From assembly GCA_964247055.1 (NCBI GenBank), contig OZ176055.1:4216001-4280000 (forward strand): a DNA stretch of 64,000 nt, given 5' to 3'. The notes under the pieces are model-generated. The model was not told the DNA's origin. It did not search any database and saw nothing but the letters and a program-made list of their open reading frames with translations. The stretch is from Paragordius varius. Lineage: Eukaryota > Animalia > Nematomorpha. This document shows, piece by piece, positions 47,301 to 59,600 of this stretch (positions are counted from its first letter, which is position 1; the number at the start of each line of letters is the position of its first letter). A program made the position numbers and the translations under genes.

Positions 47301-47964
47301 ATGGGAGATTATGAGCATTTATTAAAATCTTTACCAAGCATTCCATATCTCCAGACAAAAGCAGGACCAAGAGACAAAGAATTATGGCCTCAAAGATTAA
47401 AAGAGGAATATCAATCCCTTATCGCAGTTTTTTTTATTAGATATAAATATTAGTATATTAGCAAAAACAAAGAAGCCGATACGGATTGGTTTAGGCTTGA
47501 GTCAAATAAAGATGGAACATCATGGAAAGGAAAGTGTTGGTTTTATCAAGATAGACAAAAATATGAGTTTGATATGGAGTTTGAGGTAAATTGGAGATAT
47601 TGTAATAATATCAGGTTATTTAATAAATGTCCATATACTAAATTTTAGATTCCAGCCCTGTATCCCACTGTAGCACCCGAAATATCTCTACCATCTTTGG
47701 ATGGTAAAACTGCTAAAATGTACCGCGGAGGTTTTATATGCACCTCGGATCATTTTAAACCATTATGGGCAAAAAATGTTCCAAGATTTGGGATCGCCCA
47801 TGCACTTTGTTTAGGGGTAATATTTAGTATATAATAGCGCCAATTGTATTCTACTTTTATGATATAACTTGATTATTAAATAATATTTGTATTAGCTTGC
47901 CCCATGGTTGGCTGTGGAAGTTCCAGATTTAATACAAAAAGATTTAGTAAAACCGCAATCATAA
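47301..47964 (+). CDS. UFC1: Ubiquitin-fold modifier-conjugating enzyme 1; exons 47301-47426, 47454-47585, 47649-47816, 47896-47964
   Basis: [64 protein letters not shown]. Confidence 0.97.
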
Positions 47965-48975
47965 TTTAAAACCTATTACCTAATTAATGTGCTTTATGCT
48001 TATTTAATTAAATAAAGTATTCATATGAAATTAATTTTATAGTTTATGACAAACCATATATTATTTGCAAAAAATATTATTGCAATATGTAATATAATTT
48101 TTTAATAATTGTTTTTAGATACTAAGTAAAACATGATATAAGGAATGATCAGCAAAAACAAATAAAGTATGTTTTTGTTGAAAAAAACTTTTGAAAGTGC
48201 TATTGCCACAACTGTAAAATTATTAGTTGTCACAAGGGCATGTGTTACGTAAATAATAACCTCAATCGATTATGGAGAAGAATATTATGAATATGACTTA
48301 CTTCAGGATAAAAAAATCCGAATCCGAGTACTAAATTTTACCTACCATTTAGAAAACAAGCTTTCGAAAAAAAATATAGTTACTTCTTCTCTTAAATAGA
48401 CAGAAAAATTATTTTTAGTTTTAATCACTTTTTAAAACCAATCAAACCGGTCTTTTAAATTGTTCCGCTTTTATTAAAAAATTTCATCATGCAATTTAAT
48501 AACAATATAAGTGGTTAAACCGTTTAATAATAAAAGCATTATTAAAAACATGAAAAAATCCGTTTATCATTGTGAACCTGTTTCAACCGTATGCTTCATT
48601 CCGAACCCATGTTAATGTATCCATTAAAACAATTTCATTGATTAAAATGCAACAATAATTTTTGGAGTAAAAGCATCCAATGAATTTTTAGATCATATTC
48701 CAGAATAAGTTCCTTATTGATAAATGGACAAATGCTAATTTTTCTGCTATTTGTAAGAATATATGATGCTACTGCACAATTTACACAGATGATTCCAATT
48801 TAATATTAAATAATATACGAGCGCACACCCTCAACATTAACAAATATTAAAATGATGACACATACATTAAAGATAAAATATATTTATTAGCGGGTTTTTG
48901 ATAGAGTTAAATAATTTAATATTATATATACTCTACTATGACTAATTAAAAATATGAATGCTAGGAACAAAATTT

Positions 48976-50964
48976 TCATTGGATAAATGTTTTTCGCAAT
49001 TGATAATATTGAATGCCGGACCATATTGTAGTTCCTGCGGTGGCAAAACTATTATGATTAAATAATATAGTATAATTAAATTTGTCAATTTCATTATAAA
49101 CCTTACACCTTATACGGCGCTAAAATAATTACTAAAAACGCTTGTTCTAGTATAATTTAACGTTTTGGAATATATAAGATAACATTTCTTTAATGGTCTG
49201 ATACTTATTTTACGTCCACCTGAAAGGAATATTATTATATTTAGTAATTAAAGCCAAAAAGCGCATTTATCGAAAAGAAAGCGTTTATGCTTTAGGCATG
49301 TCAAAAACAATTACACTCATTTTTGGCCTTGATACAAAAATGAAATAAATTCATTATTGTGTAGAAATTCATCGATTAAAAAATTAAATATTTTCCACAT
49401 GAAATTCGGGTTTTTAAGTCAAAAAATATAGTTTGATATTTTGTATTAAAAAAAATTAAAATGTTTTTTAAAACTTACAATAAAGTTTGCATTAAAGGAT
49501 GAGATACATCAAAGTGTAAAAGCGGTGACATAAGGCTTGCACAAACCGTTGTGAGCTGTAATGCTGTATTGCACTGATATAAAAAAATTTGAATGCTTGA
49601 ATATTAAAAACTAATATAATTGATATTAGTTACTTAGTTTATATTTTTGATAATAGATAAATTTTAAAGAAAAAGAGGTGAATTTACCAGACCATCTCTA
49701 ATGTTAAGCTATCAAATAAATATTCCCTGAATTTTAGCTTACATCTATACTAACTTAAACTTATAAACCAATAATATAATAGTGTGTTGCTACCTCGCTT
49801 CCCTCATGAAAATCGGTCAAAATTGAGATATAAACTAATTGTTAAAAAAATAAATTGATAAAGTATTTTCTATAATATAAGTACCTTGCTTAAATACGTT
49901 GGAGTAAATTTAATTTTTGGATTCGTCCTCCCAGCCCATTTAACATTCATCTAAATTTTGGATTTAAATATGAAATGTAAATATTATACCTTTGTTTGTT
50001 GGAATTGAATATATTTGAGGTAAAAAATGTATCCCATAATACCAAAATCACGGAGGAATATAAGAAACGTTACGTAAACTATATAAAAATAAATCAGCAC
50101 AATTAAAGAAGGTTAATAGAGTTTCGTAAATATTTTTAAAAATCGGTTCTGGATAAATGTTTCTCGTTCCAAAAAATTTTTGTGCAGAAAATATTTGTAA
50201 AAAAATATGCTTTAAATTGTTTGTCGTAAATAATATTGGTTCACCCAATAATTTTAGGGTTCTAATTATTCCCTTTTTAAAATTTACAATTGACCTTACT
50301 GTAATAAATTTTCATTATGGTAATTTATTTGTTTAAAATGAACTTTAATGTTTCAACTATAATAAAAAACATTTATGGATTTAAAAATTCAAAGAACTAA
50401 AAAAAGGGTTTTGGTGAATAGTTTAAACTGCGGTTATGTAACGGTGTAATTGTAAGTGCTGATCAAAAATTATTATAAACCTGGTATTAGATGATTATAT
50501 GTAAGGGTCAAACAAACGGCATTAATGAGTATCTTATCGGCCAAGGGATCAATGATTGCCCCTAATTTGGACTGCTGATTTGGAACATTTCTGGCAATAA
50601 CACCATCTACCTATAAGCGTATTTAGTAACTTTCAATAAAAATATAAAAACAAATAATAATCAACTTTTTACCATATCAGAAAATCCGGATATCGCAAAG
50701 AGAAGAGCTGATAGTCCATAATATTCTTGTGAGATCATAAAACAAATGAGTGGTGTGGAACATATCCTTAAAACTGATATTGCATTAGGTATCGTCATTA
50801 TGCGAATATTTTTAGTTTCACAATAAAGCTATAATAAATTAAAAATTTACTCGGTGATTTAATTTTTTAATTAAAATAGTTCCATGAAATAAAGGTAAAT
50901 ATTTTAAGATTTTACCTGGGTATAATATTTTTTGACTTATCATTACATTTAAACATATGTACAT
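48976..50964 (-). CDS. CRLS1: Cardiolipin synthase (CDP-alcohol phosphatidyltransferase); exons 50964-50851, 50828-50673, 50610-50481, 50078-49990, 49950-49885, 49573-49479, 49048-48976 (240 aa)
   Basis: TIPNAISVLRI, motif D-G-x2-A-R-x8-G-x3-D-x3-D (VDGVIARNVPNQQSKLGAIIDPLADK), FLRDF, PTYLSKCNTALQL, TTIWSGIQYY; phases consistent. Start codon is less certain. Confidence 0.92.
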
Positions 50965-51079
50965 TTTTAATCTATATATAAAAATGGAAAATGCTGGCTT
51001 GGAAGCTAATTCCAAAAATCTTATGGGCAGCAAAGGTCTTTTTATCTTTTTTGAATTTGCCGAGTGATTGAGATGTTTT

Positions 51080-51850
51080 TTGAATAAGCTTTTCAGTTTG
51101 CCCCATCATCCTAAAAATGGGGATTTAAAAAATTTGTTAATGCATTTTTTCGGAAAAACACATAAGACTTAAAACTATTTCAACACATCGCCGAGAAAAT
51201 CTCTCTGTAAATAGATCCACCCTTCATAAAATGCACTTTTGTACGAGTATGAGTTTTTCAGCAATTCTCCGGATAACGTGGAGGCTCTTTCGATGGGTTT
51301 TTAATGCTAAAAGCGCCCAATGTGATTTAGTATTTTTTTATATTTGCCCGATCAGACATGTTGTTTTTGAACAAATACTAGCTTTATTTATAATAACACA
51401 AATTTCATAAGGAATTTGTTTTTACGAATTCACCTGGGTAGCGAGCCGTTTAAATTATCCACTCAGTTCAGGCATCCCATGGGCAAAATGGGTTACATAT
51501 ACTTAGTAGATTTGGGAAATATACGAAATCCAGTTAAAAAAGGAAATTTATTATTTGCATATATCCTCCAAGATTGACCAAGAAAATTTTATTATAAGCC
51601 CGCCCCATCAAAAATATGGCTTTTGAGCCAAGATTGACTTTCAATTTCGAAAATATAAGGACCCATTCATATTTGAAAGGGAAAATGTTTTAAATATACG
51701 AAAATTTTTTAAATTAGCGCCTCAGTTCAGTCCCCACCTATTAAATGAGTTTTTGAACTAATTGTGGTTGAGGCAATTTTCCGAATTGCAGGCTTAATGT
51801 GAATTTTTTCATAAAAATGCTTTTAGGTAATAATATTCCGGCGAATAAAA
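51080..51850. repeat. Degenerate repeat with recurring (C)TCAGTTCAG motif, possibly related to 9640-9960
   Basis: CTCAGTTCAGGCATCCC (~51462), CTCAGTTCAGTCCCCACC (~51720), TTCAGTTTGCCCC (~51092) compared with CCCAGTTCAGGACCACCCC (~9678). Confidence 0.35.
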
Positions 51851-51989
51851 AGGTAAGACAGTAACTTTATTGAAAAAAAAGGACATCTGTCTTCTAAAGA
51901 GGGCACAAATGTCGCCACGTTGAATTGTTAGACAAAATATGTGAAAAACTAATCAGGAAAATGGTATCTATAGACTAAAATTAATTTGA

Positions 51990-52560
51990 ATTATACCAGG
52001 AAAGTCAATTATAGACTCTATGCATGCTTTGAGAAGGTTAATAAAAGGGACTCTGGAAAAAAAGTTACACGGGGTCTTGATTGACATAAAAAAGATGTTT
52101 GACTGCAGTCTCCGTCGTCGCTGGAAAATTATTACATATGAATCCACACCCCTGGGATCAAAACTCACCAAGGATAATCAGAACCCTTTGTAATAAAGCA
52201 TGGCTGCAAGGATCATCGCTTATCCGTTGTTGTTCATAATATGGTTGGATGAGGCATCCAAAGTTGTTAATCAACGGTTATTTTGTTAATACATGTATGC
52301 GGATAACATAATCATAATGTCTGATACATTAACTGAGTTCAAGCAAACGGTAAATTAAATAAATGTGCGGTCTGGAAATTATGAAAGCAAAAACGTATTT
52401 AATAGCTTTGGGAGATCAGCAAAATGAAATGGAGGTTGATGCGGGTTGAGTTGAAGGGCACAGAAAGGTCAAATATTTTGGGGCAATGTTAACAGAGTTG
52501 ACTGTCGATATGAATTTAAGGATTGAGAGCAGTTGGGTAAGTGTTATATGATAAAATTAT
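51990..52560 (+). pseudogene. Decayed RTE-type reverse transcriptase fragment
   Basis: IPGKSIIDSMHALRRL...VLIDIKKMFD, PLLFII, MYADNIII, SKYFGAML with stops and frameshifts. Confidence 0.75.
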
Positions 52561-52770
52561 TGATCTTAGTATTAAAGATAAAATTTACAGTTCAATTGTT
52601 CAACCCAAAATGAGGTAGGATTCGACGTGGAACATCAAAAAATCTGAAGAAAACCATTTCGCTACGTAAATGAAAATGCTAGTTATGAATATATATAATC
52701 GTGGGACGGAAAATCGAAAAAGAAAGAATGAATAAAAATACATTGGTTTGGGCCTATTGAAAAGACAGTC

Positions 52771-53367
52771 ATATACATTTGCACTTCAAGAGTTTCTTTG
52801 AACACTTCAAGTTGGTCCTTGAACATTTCAAGTTCCTTTAACAATTCAAGTTGTCCTTAAAGAGTTAAAGTTGGTCCTTGAACAGTTCAAGTTGGTCCTT
52901 TGACTTTTTTGCTTTGTTTTTAACTTTTATCAATCAAATCGTAAATAATTCATCTATTTTATTGTTTTAACATATCTTCTATTATTTAACATAAATTTTA
53001 AATCGATATCAACTTTTAATCTTGAAACCGTATATCTTTATTAATTTCTTAAAATAATTTTGGATATTTATAAGATTTTAACACTAAATGAAAAAATATA
53101 TAATTTTCTGGATTTTTAATCAAACTTCAATAATTTTGTTAAAAAAAAATAGTTTGAAACAAAAAAGTGGTTTTTCAATAAAAATTTTTATTTTTAAATG
53201 AATAAATATATAATAAAAAAGAAAATTAGGTTAATAAATTAAAAAATAAAAAAATAAATGCAAAAATTATAGTTAAATAAAAATTTATAAATTTTAAGGA
53301 CCAACTTGAAGTGTTCAAGGACCAACTTGAAGTATTCAAGCACACTATTGAAGTGCAAATGGTATAT
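52771..53367. mobile_element. Foldback-type MITE with TIRs built from about 21-bp tandem units, TA at both ends
   Basis: TA-CATTTGCACTTCAA ... TTGAAGTGCAAATGG-TA; unit GAACACTTCAAGTTGGTCCTT repeated about 5 times on the left and inverted about 2-3 times on the right. Confidence 0.75.
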
Positions 53368-53824
53368 TGATGGGAAACTAACGAGATGGATGGACACAAT
53401 AATAAACCAAAATTAAAAGCCCAATACTCTATATATAGGGTTTTATGGTGAGACAGGCTGTTTCACATTACAGATTTCACTAGTGAAAACATTTAATAAT
53501 AATAATGTCCCTGTCATTGTCAAATATGGTTTTAATATATCGCGATTTTAAAATAATTACTTGCCCAAGACTTGTGTGAACAGATTTTTTTGGGGGATTT
53601 TTACTTTTTCACGTGAATTAGTAATCAGTACGACTATTAGATTATCAAATGCAAAAACTTCTATATATTCTTTAATATACAATACACCTTCATTTCATCA
53701 TATATAAAACTACAATTATTAAAGCGAGAAATGGTTATACAAATGAAAATTTGAAGTAAGATTTCGCCAGGCATTTTCATGCTGTTTTTATAACCTTTCT
53801 TCCGAAATCGGGAGGGGGGATAAG

Positions 53825-53826
<2 letters not shown>

Positions 53827-53862
<36 letters not shown>
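53827..53862. repeat. (AT)n microsatellite
   Basis: Uninterrupted dinucleotide run; shorter runs at about 17917-17932, 29739-29759 and 61227-61241. Confidence 0.95.
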
Positions 53863-53865
<3 letters not shown>

Positions 53866-56652
53866 CATTAAATAAATGTATCAGGATTCTCATGTTGCTT
53901 TTGGTTTTGAGGCCTACGAGTGATATCAGAAAATTATTAAATTTTGGGGTATTGCTGATCGTAAAATTAGCGTACATTATGTTTAATGAATATTTTTTGG
54001 TAAAAGCTAAATGCTTTATTCCAATAATATCGATAAAACATATGATCTTAAAAACAAATCAATATTTTTGTAAAATTAAAATATTTAGATTTGGACTCCG
54101 AAAGACCCAACTTATTTCTTGAAATGGGCTATTCCTTTTAAAATAAACGCACAAATGCCGTGATTTCGTGATAAAAAAATTTAATATATGGTAGGGTAGA
54201 TTATTGCATAACAAATCTCTATCTACATACTTTCTTCGGAAATATAATTTTCAGCAAAATTTTGTTGAAGCGTATTTCAGCTATTTGAAGCTTGATAAAA
54301 ACAATAGAAAAATGCTATAATGTATTATGAAAACACTTTTCATAAATTTTTCGATAATGCCTGGAATTTCTATCACATAAGTTGATTAAAATATTCGTTC
54401 GTCATCAAAAGTATATTTATTTGTTTTAATTTACCAAATTTAAAAGCAAACAAATTAACTTAAAATTCGCAAATAATAGAAATGTTGAGGATCATTGAAA
54501 TATAAAATATAATATCTTAAATCCATCATGCTTCAAATTACCATAAAACTCGCTTCACTTTGGCTACTTAAATATTTGAAAAAATTTCCATTTTTCGGAA
54601 AACCTTTATCAAAAGTTAGCATGTATTTAAAATTTTTATCGCGTAATCTTGAGAACTACCTATGAACACAAAAAAATTGGGAACGGACTCCACATCTAAA
54701 AATTAAAAAAAAATTATAATTTGGTTTTTTATATGTAGTTATTATTATATATTTAAGTGATATTTTTTTGATTGAAAAATTTAGCTTTCATCAAAAAGTT
54801 AGCAAAATGACTTAAATTTTGCCCTTTTCTAATAGTGGACTTACCACAAAAGTGTCTTTGTGAAATTACTCGTAAGGGCCAAACGCAACTTGATAATCTA
54901 TATAAATCTGAATATATATTTCATCTTTTTTGTGGATTCTGTATAAATTTTAAACGTAATTTTTATGACTCACGGTATGATGAAAGTACATTTCAATGAT
55001 AAATTTTGAATTGCACTCAATTTATACTGGAAAAAACTTTTTTTTACAAAATTTAAAAATAGAGCCAAAGTTTTTCATGCATACTTTTTACTAATTTGGA
55101 GATAAGGGACTAAATAAATGTTATTTAAGGTTATTGGGGCCCATTTAAACAAAGCAAACATTGTTTTGTAAAATGCATAATATTCATCCATCCCAAATTT
55201 GATTTAATAAATATAGTGTTCCGATTTCTCAAGTTATATGTAAGAATATTATTGGCATGTACATTTTAGAGAAATCGCAATGTTAAGTTAAAATTCTAAG
55301 CTTGATTAAAGGATAAAAATGATCAGCATCGTAGAGCTAACCAAAATAAAAATTTCACAAAAGAGCATCAATAGTAAGATAAAAAAAACTTTTATGCTAT
55401 TTTAATTATTGAAACCCAATTAACATCAACTCCCAATAATTATGTATAAAATTTCATTGGCCATGTTTGTTTAATCCTTACGATGGATTAAAATTCACTT
55501 TAAAACTAATGATGCTGCTAATAATTTATTATTATTCTAATGTAAATAATTTTATAATAAAACTAATACATTGGTAGACAAAATTGTTCTAATAAAATAA
55601 TTTGTAAATATTTATAGTAAAAAGTATGAATCACATTGGTAATGATTGTAATATATAATAAAAGATATCATTTATGAAATTAATGACATAAAAACTTAAA
55701 AGAAGGGAAAAAAGAAGCTTGGTGCATCCGATGATATATCGTTATCTTTCAAGATTATAACCATTACGTTGGGCGTCAACAGTAACTTTATAGATGATTG
55801 GGAATCGGGACATTGCAAACCTATAAAACAAAATTTTTATAAACAAAAAATACAGATATGATAAAGATAACTGAATAAAGACGAATATAGCGCATATAGC
55901 TTGGCCATTAGTTTAAAATAAATAATCACAAATTTGGCATTCGTCTCATTGTAATACATTTCATATATTAATAGAATAAAATTGTTTAACTTTCAATGTT
56001 ATAAGGTAGCAATCAATTACCAAAGATTTAGCATAAATAATAATTTAAACGCCAATTTAGTTTAAATAAACAATAATCATTTAAAATTTAATTTGCTGCA
56101 CTTCCATAGAGAAAATATATTTTGTATAATATGCGGAAAAAAATTAAAATACCTGTTTTAAAATGTCTGCTAAGGTAGGTATCCACGTTTTCTGGGTAAG
56201 GGCGTGGAATAAAACTTAAAAAGTTAATCCAAGGATTATCTATTTATCATATAAAACATTCTATTATATGTAAAACCCTTTTATCAAACTAATATTAAAT
56301 TTGTCTTGGTCAATGATAAAATTTGTTATGTTAAGATGCCAAATTCTGGGTGCAGGAGAACCCAAACTTTCAGGAGGGAAAAAAATTGGGGTCACGAACG
56401 AATAAGTAAATCTAAACACTGATTTCGAAAATAATTTATGTTGGATTTGCAAAGTTTCAGCCATTTAAAATTATACATAAAAATATAACGGATTTTTTTT
56501 GAAAACAGTCGACTGCTATTAGTAATTAATATGTTTTTGTTATATGCAATGTATCCCTAAATTTTTTTTGAAATCTTAAAAACTGGTTAAGTTCTTCATA
56601 ATTACTAAATTAAAAACATATATTTGCTTAAAATTTACAATATACAATATAA

Positions 56653-59600
56653 TTAACCTGTATCTGCTTCATCCTCATCAGAATCATCAATTGTTTCACT
56701 TTCAAATCTTTCATCAAAGGGTAATGAATCATTATAACTAGTATTGTTGGTTTTACTACCGTTTAAACTATCTCTCTTTGATTTCACGCCATTGATTTGG
56801 CGATTTTCAGGGCTTATTGTAGGTTTATGCCTTAATAATTTATTAACCTCTGCACTCGTCAGTATGGTGTCAGTCGGTATTGACACTGTTAAAAAATGCC
56901 TGCTATCCGGATTTGAATTCAATATCCGTTTAATATATTTAGGTCCAGTAACAGGAGTTTGAAGAAGTCGAATAAAATTATTTATACTTATATTTTGGGG
57001 TTGATCTTTACGAGATCCAGTAGCCTTAGTCAAAACATCACGTATATCGTCTAATGTGTATGTTTTTTGACTACTTGCGTTCAAAAGAGGCTGGGGTAAT
57101 AACTAAAAAAAACAAAAAAATAAGAAATGATTATAAATTTTGGAAGGATTTTTTTCATCAGTGTAATTTGAGAAAAAAAATTATCATTTTTTTTCGAAAG
57201 TATCATATCGATTGAAGTATAAATGACAAAGACTCACATCTTGTACGTAAACAATGGAGTTACAACCACATAGATTGTTTTGAATCGCTTTCCTTCGAAT
57301 GCATAGCGGCTGAAAAAAGTATATTAAAAAATTAAAAAAAACAGATATAACGAAACCTATATTGGTCATTTAGGATACTAAGTTAAATATTTAATTGACA
57401 TGTCTCTTGGTATATATAATTTATTTTTTTACATATTTAATTGAAATTGTGGATAAAAAATACAATTGTTCGCAACAAAATATTAGGATAATTCAAATGC
57501 AATTAATAAATATGAAAAATCCAAAACATAGCAACAGACATGTAAATTGTATCCCCTTAAGCTCTCGTTACTGAAATATAATAAATGTTTTAATAGTAAA
57601 TACTTGTTGATATAAACGATAAATAGGTTGACCAGACAAAGTTGTTCCATTAAAATTATTTACAATGTATTTTCCGATAAATGCTTTAGCTTCTTCCGCA
57701 TTATTTTGCAATTTAGATAATTCCGCCGAACCCAAACTCTATTATTTAATATTAAAAAAGTAAAAGAGAATAAAAAATTATTAATTTATAGATTTATTAC
57801 CTTAAAAGCTTCATCTGTTGGAACAATGTATGTTAATTGAGACAATGATGTAGAATTCGTTGACAAATTCTGAGCTTGAGCAAAGATTTTTGCAAATATA
57901 ATCGTTTGATTGTTTTTATACAAAATGTCTTTAACATTATAATCTATAAACATCATTTTTATTTTTAACAAATTATATGATGTTATATAAGTTAAAAACA
58001 ATGTGTTCAATTTTTTAAATAATTTAAAATTACATCTGTCAGGTACTTCAAAAATTTTAGTGCTAACAAGTTGTTGCAATTGATTGATATTATTTGTGTA
58101 ATGGACAAATTGAATGAATCCGTTGGAAGTTAGGATGTGTTTTGTAACTGGTAAATTTACGGCGTTTTTATCACAATAAACATTTGGCACAAGTAAATCA
58201 CGGACAAAATCTTGAAGCAAATTATAAATTACCATTATATACCTCAAAATATAATTTTTGATTTAGTATCAAAATAAACTATAAAATCTACTTAAAGCAC
58301 AAACATCGTTTTGTTGGAGGCGTGTTTGGAAATCAACGGGGAATTTAGCCAATGTATCGTCAGACAAAACGGTAAGAGTAAAAAGTTGTCCTTTATTTAG
58401 CTGATCAATTTGATCCAAAACTTTAGAATCTTTTAGAACTGCAATATATTTATAAATATTTATAGGGTTAAAATATTTATATTTATACATATGAAAAATA
58501 TAAACTATAATATAATAATTAACGGATTAAATATACAATTTCATTATATTTATATGGTTATTCTACATTAATTACTGCTTAAAAAAGAAATCGAAATCGC
58601 AAGCTTTGCTTTCGGAATAATCGCTGCTTTTGGGGTATATACTTTTTAAATTTGAAAACGCTGTGATTTTGTTTAATGTTGCCAGTCACCAAATCCTATT
58701 TTACAACGCATTTTTTAGAAATTAATAACGCACAATTTTTTGCGTTGCGATGAAAGGCTAATTCTTAATATCCCCGAAGGAAAAAATTATTATGAACGTG
58801 TACAAAAAACAAAATTGCCGAATGTAATAATTTCGAATAAACGAATTATTTACATTGTATAAATTTTTTATAAGATGCTTCCAGAACTGTTCTGTCTAAA
58901 GCTTGGGCCATAGTAAGATCGCTGGATTGGGGCAATATGGGGACATTTTCAGTTTTAGCATTGCCATTAGCATGTTTTGACGATATGGTATGAATTAAAC
59001 CGCGATCGAAAGCACGATTAATTTTATCAAGAGGTTTGCAATTTATTCGGTATATAGGCTAAATTACAAAAATTATAACTCATTAATTTACTTAAAAATC
59101 AATGTGAATGTTAGGATGATAGTCCGTTTTAAATGAAAAAAAGAATATGATATGACATGAAAAATGTGACGCTTTCTAAACAAATTTGAGTTTTACATAA
59201 AACCATATCAAAAATGCATTGAATCATTATATATAATATGTGAAATCATTTTGCCACCTTAGATTCCAAATGCAGACATTTTTAACAAATTCTCCTGAGT
59301 AAACTTAAATAAAATTAATTTTACTACTTCTTCGTCAAATCTCGTTTCCGCTCTATCAAAGTGAAATATTTTTCCTTCCCTGGTCCGTATTGTGTGACCA
59401 TTGAGTGCGGATCCTATGGGCAAAATAACATTGGGGATAACGATGAGTCCAGCGTTCGAGGAATCAATTGCGCTAATACTATAATTAACAGGTGGTACAG
59501 CTCCAACAATCTTGCCAGCCCCCAAATCTATTTTAATCGTTTCATCTGAAGGTGAGACCTGAGCTTGACGTCTATTACGATTTGGGTTTCGAGATAATAT

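Noticed and set aside
48170-48400. HORMA-like peptide (TTVKLLVVTRACVT) or a CYCHNC Cys-rich exon between UFC1 and CRLS1
   Set aside because: In-frame stops cannot be removed with canonical introns; likely chance in 3' UTR or intergenic DNA.
52790-52890. CRISPR-like appearance of 21-bp repeats
   Set aside because: No unique spacers, inverted copies at the other end, eukaryotic context, no cas genes.
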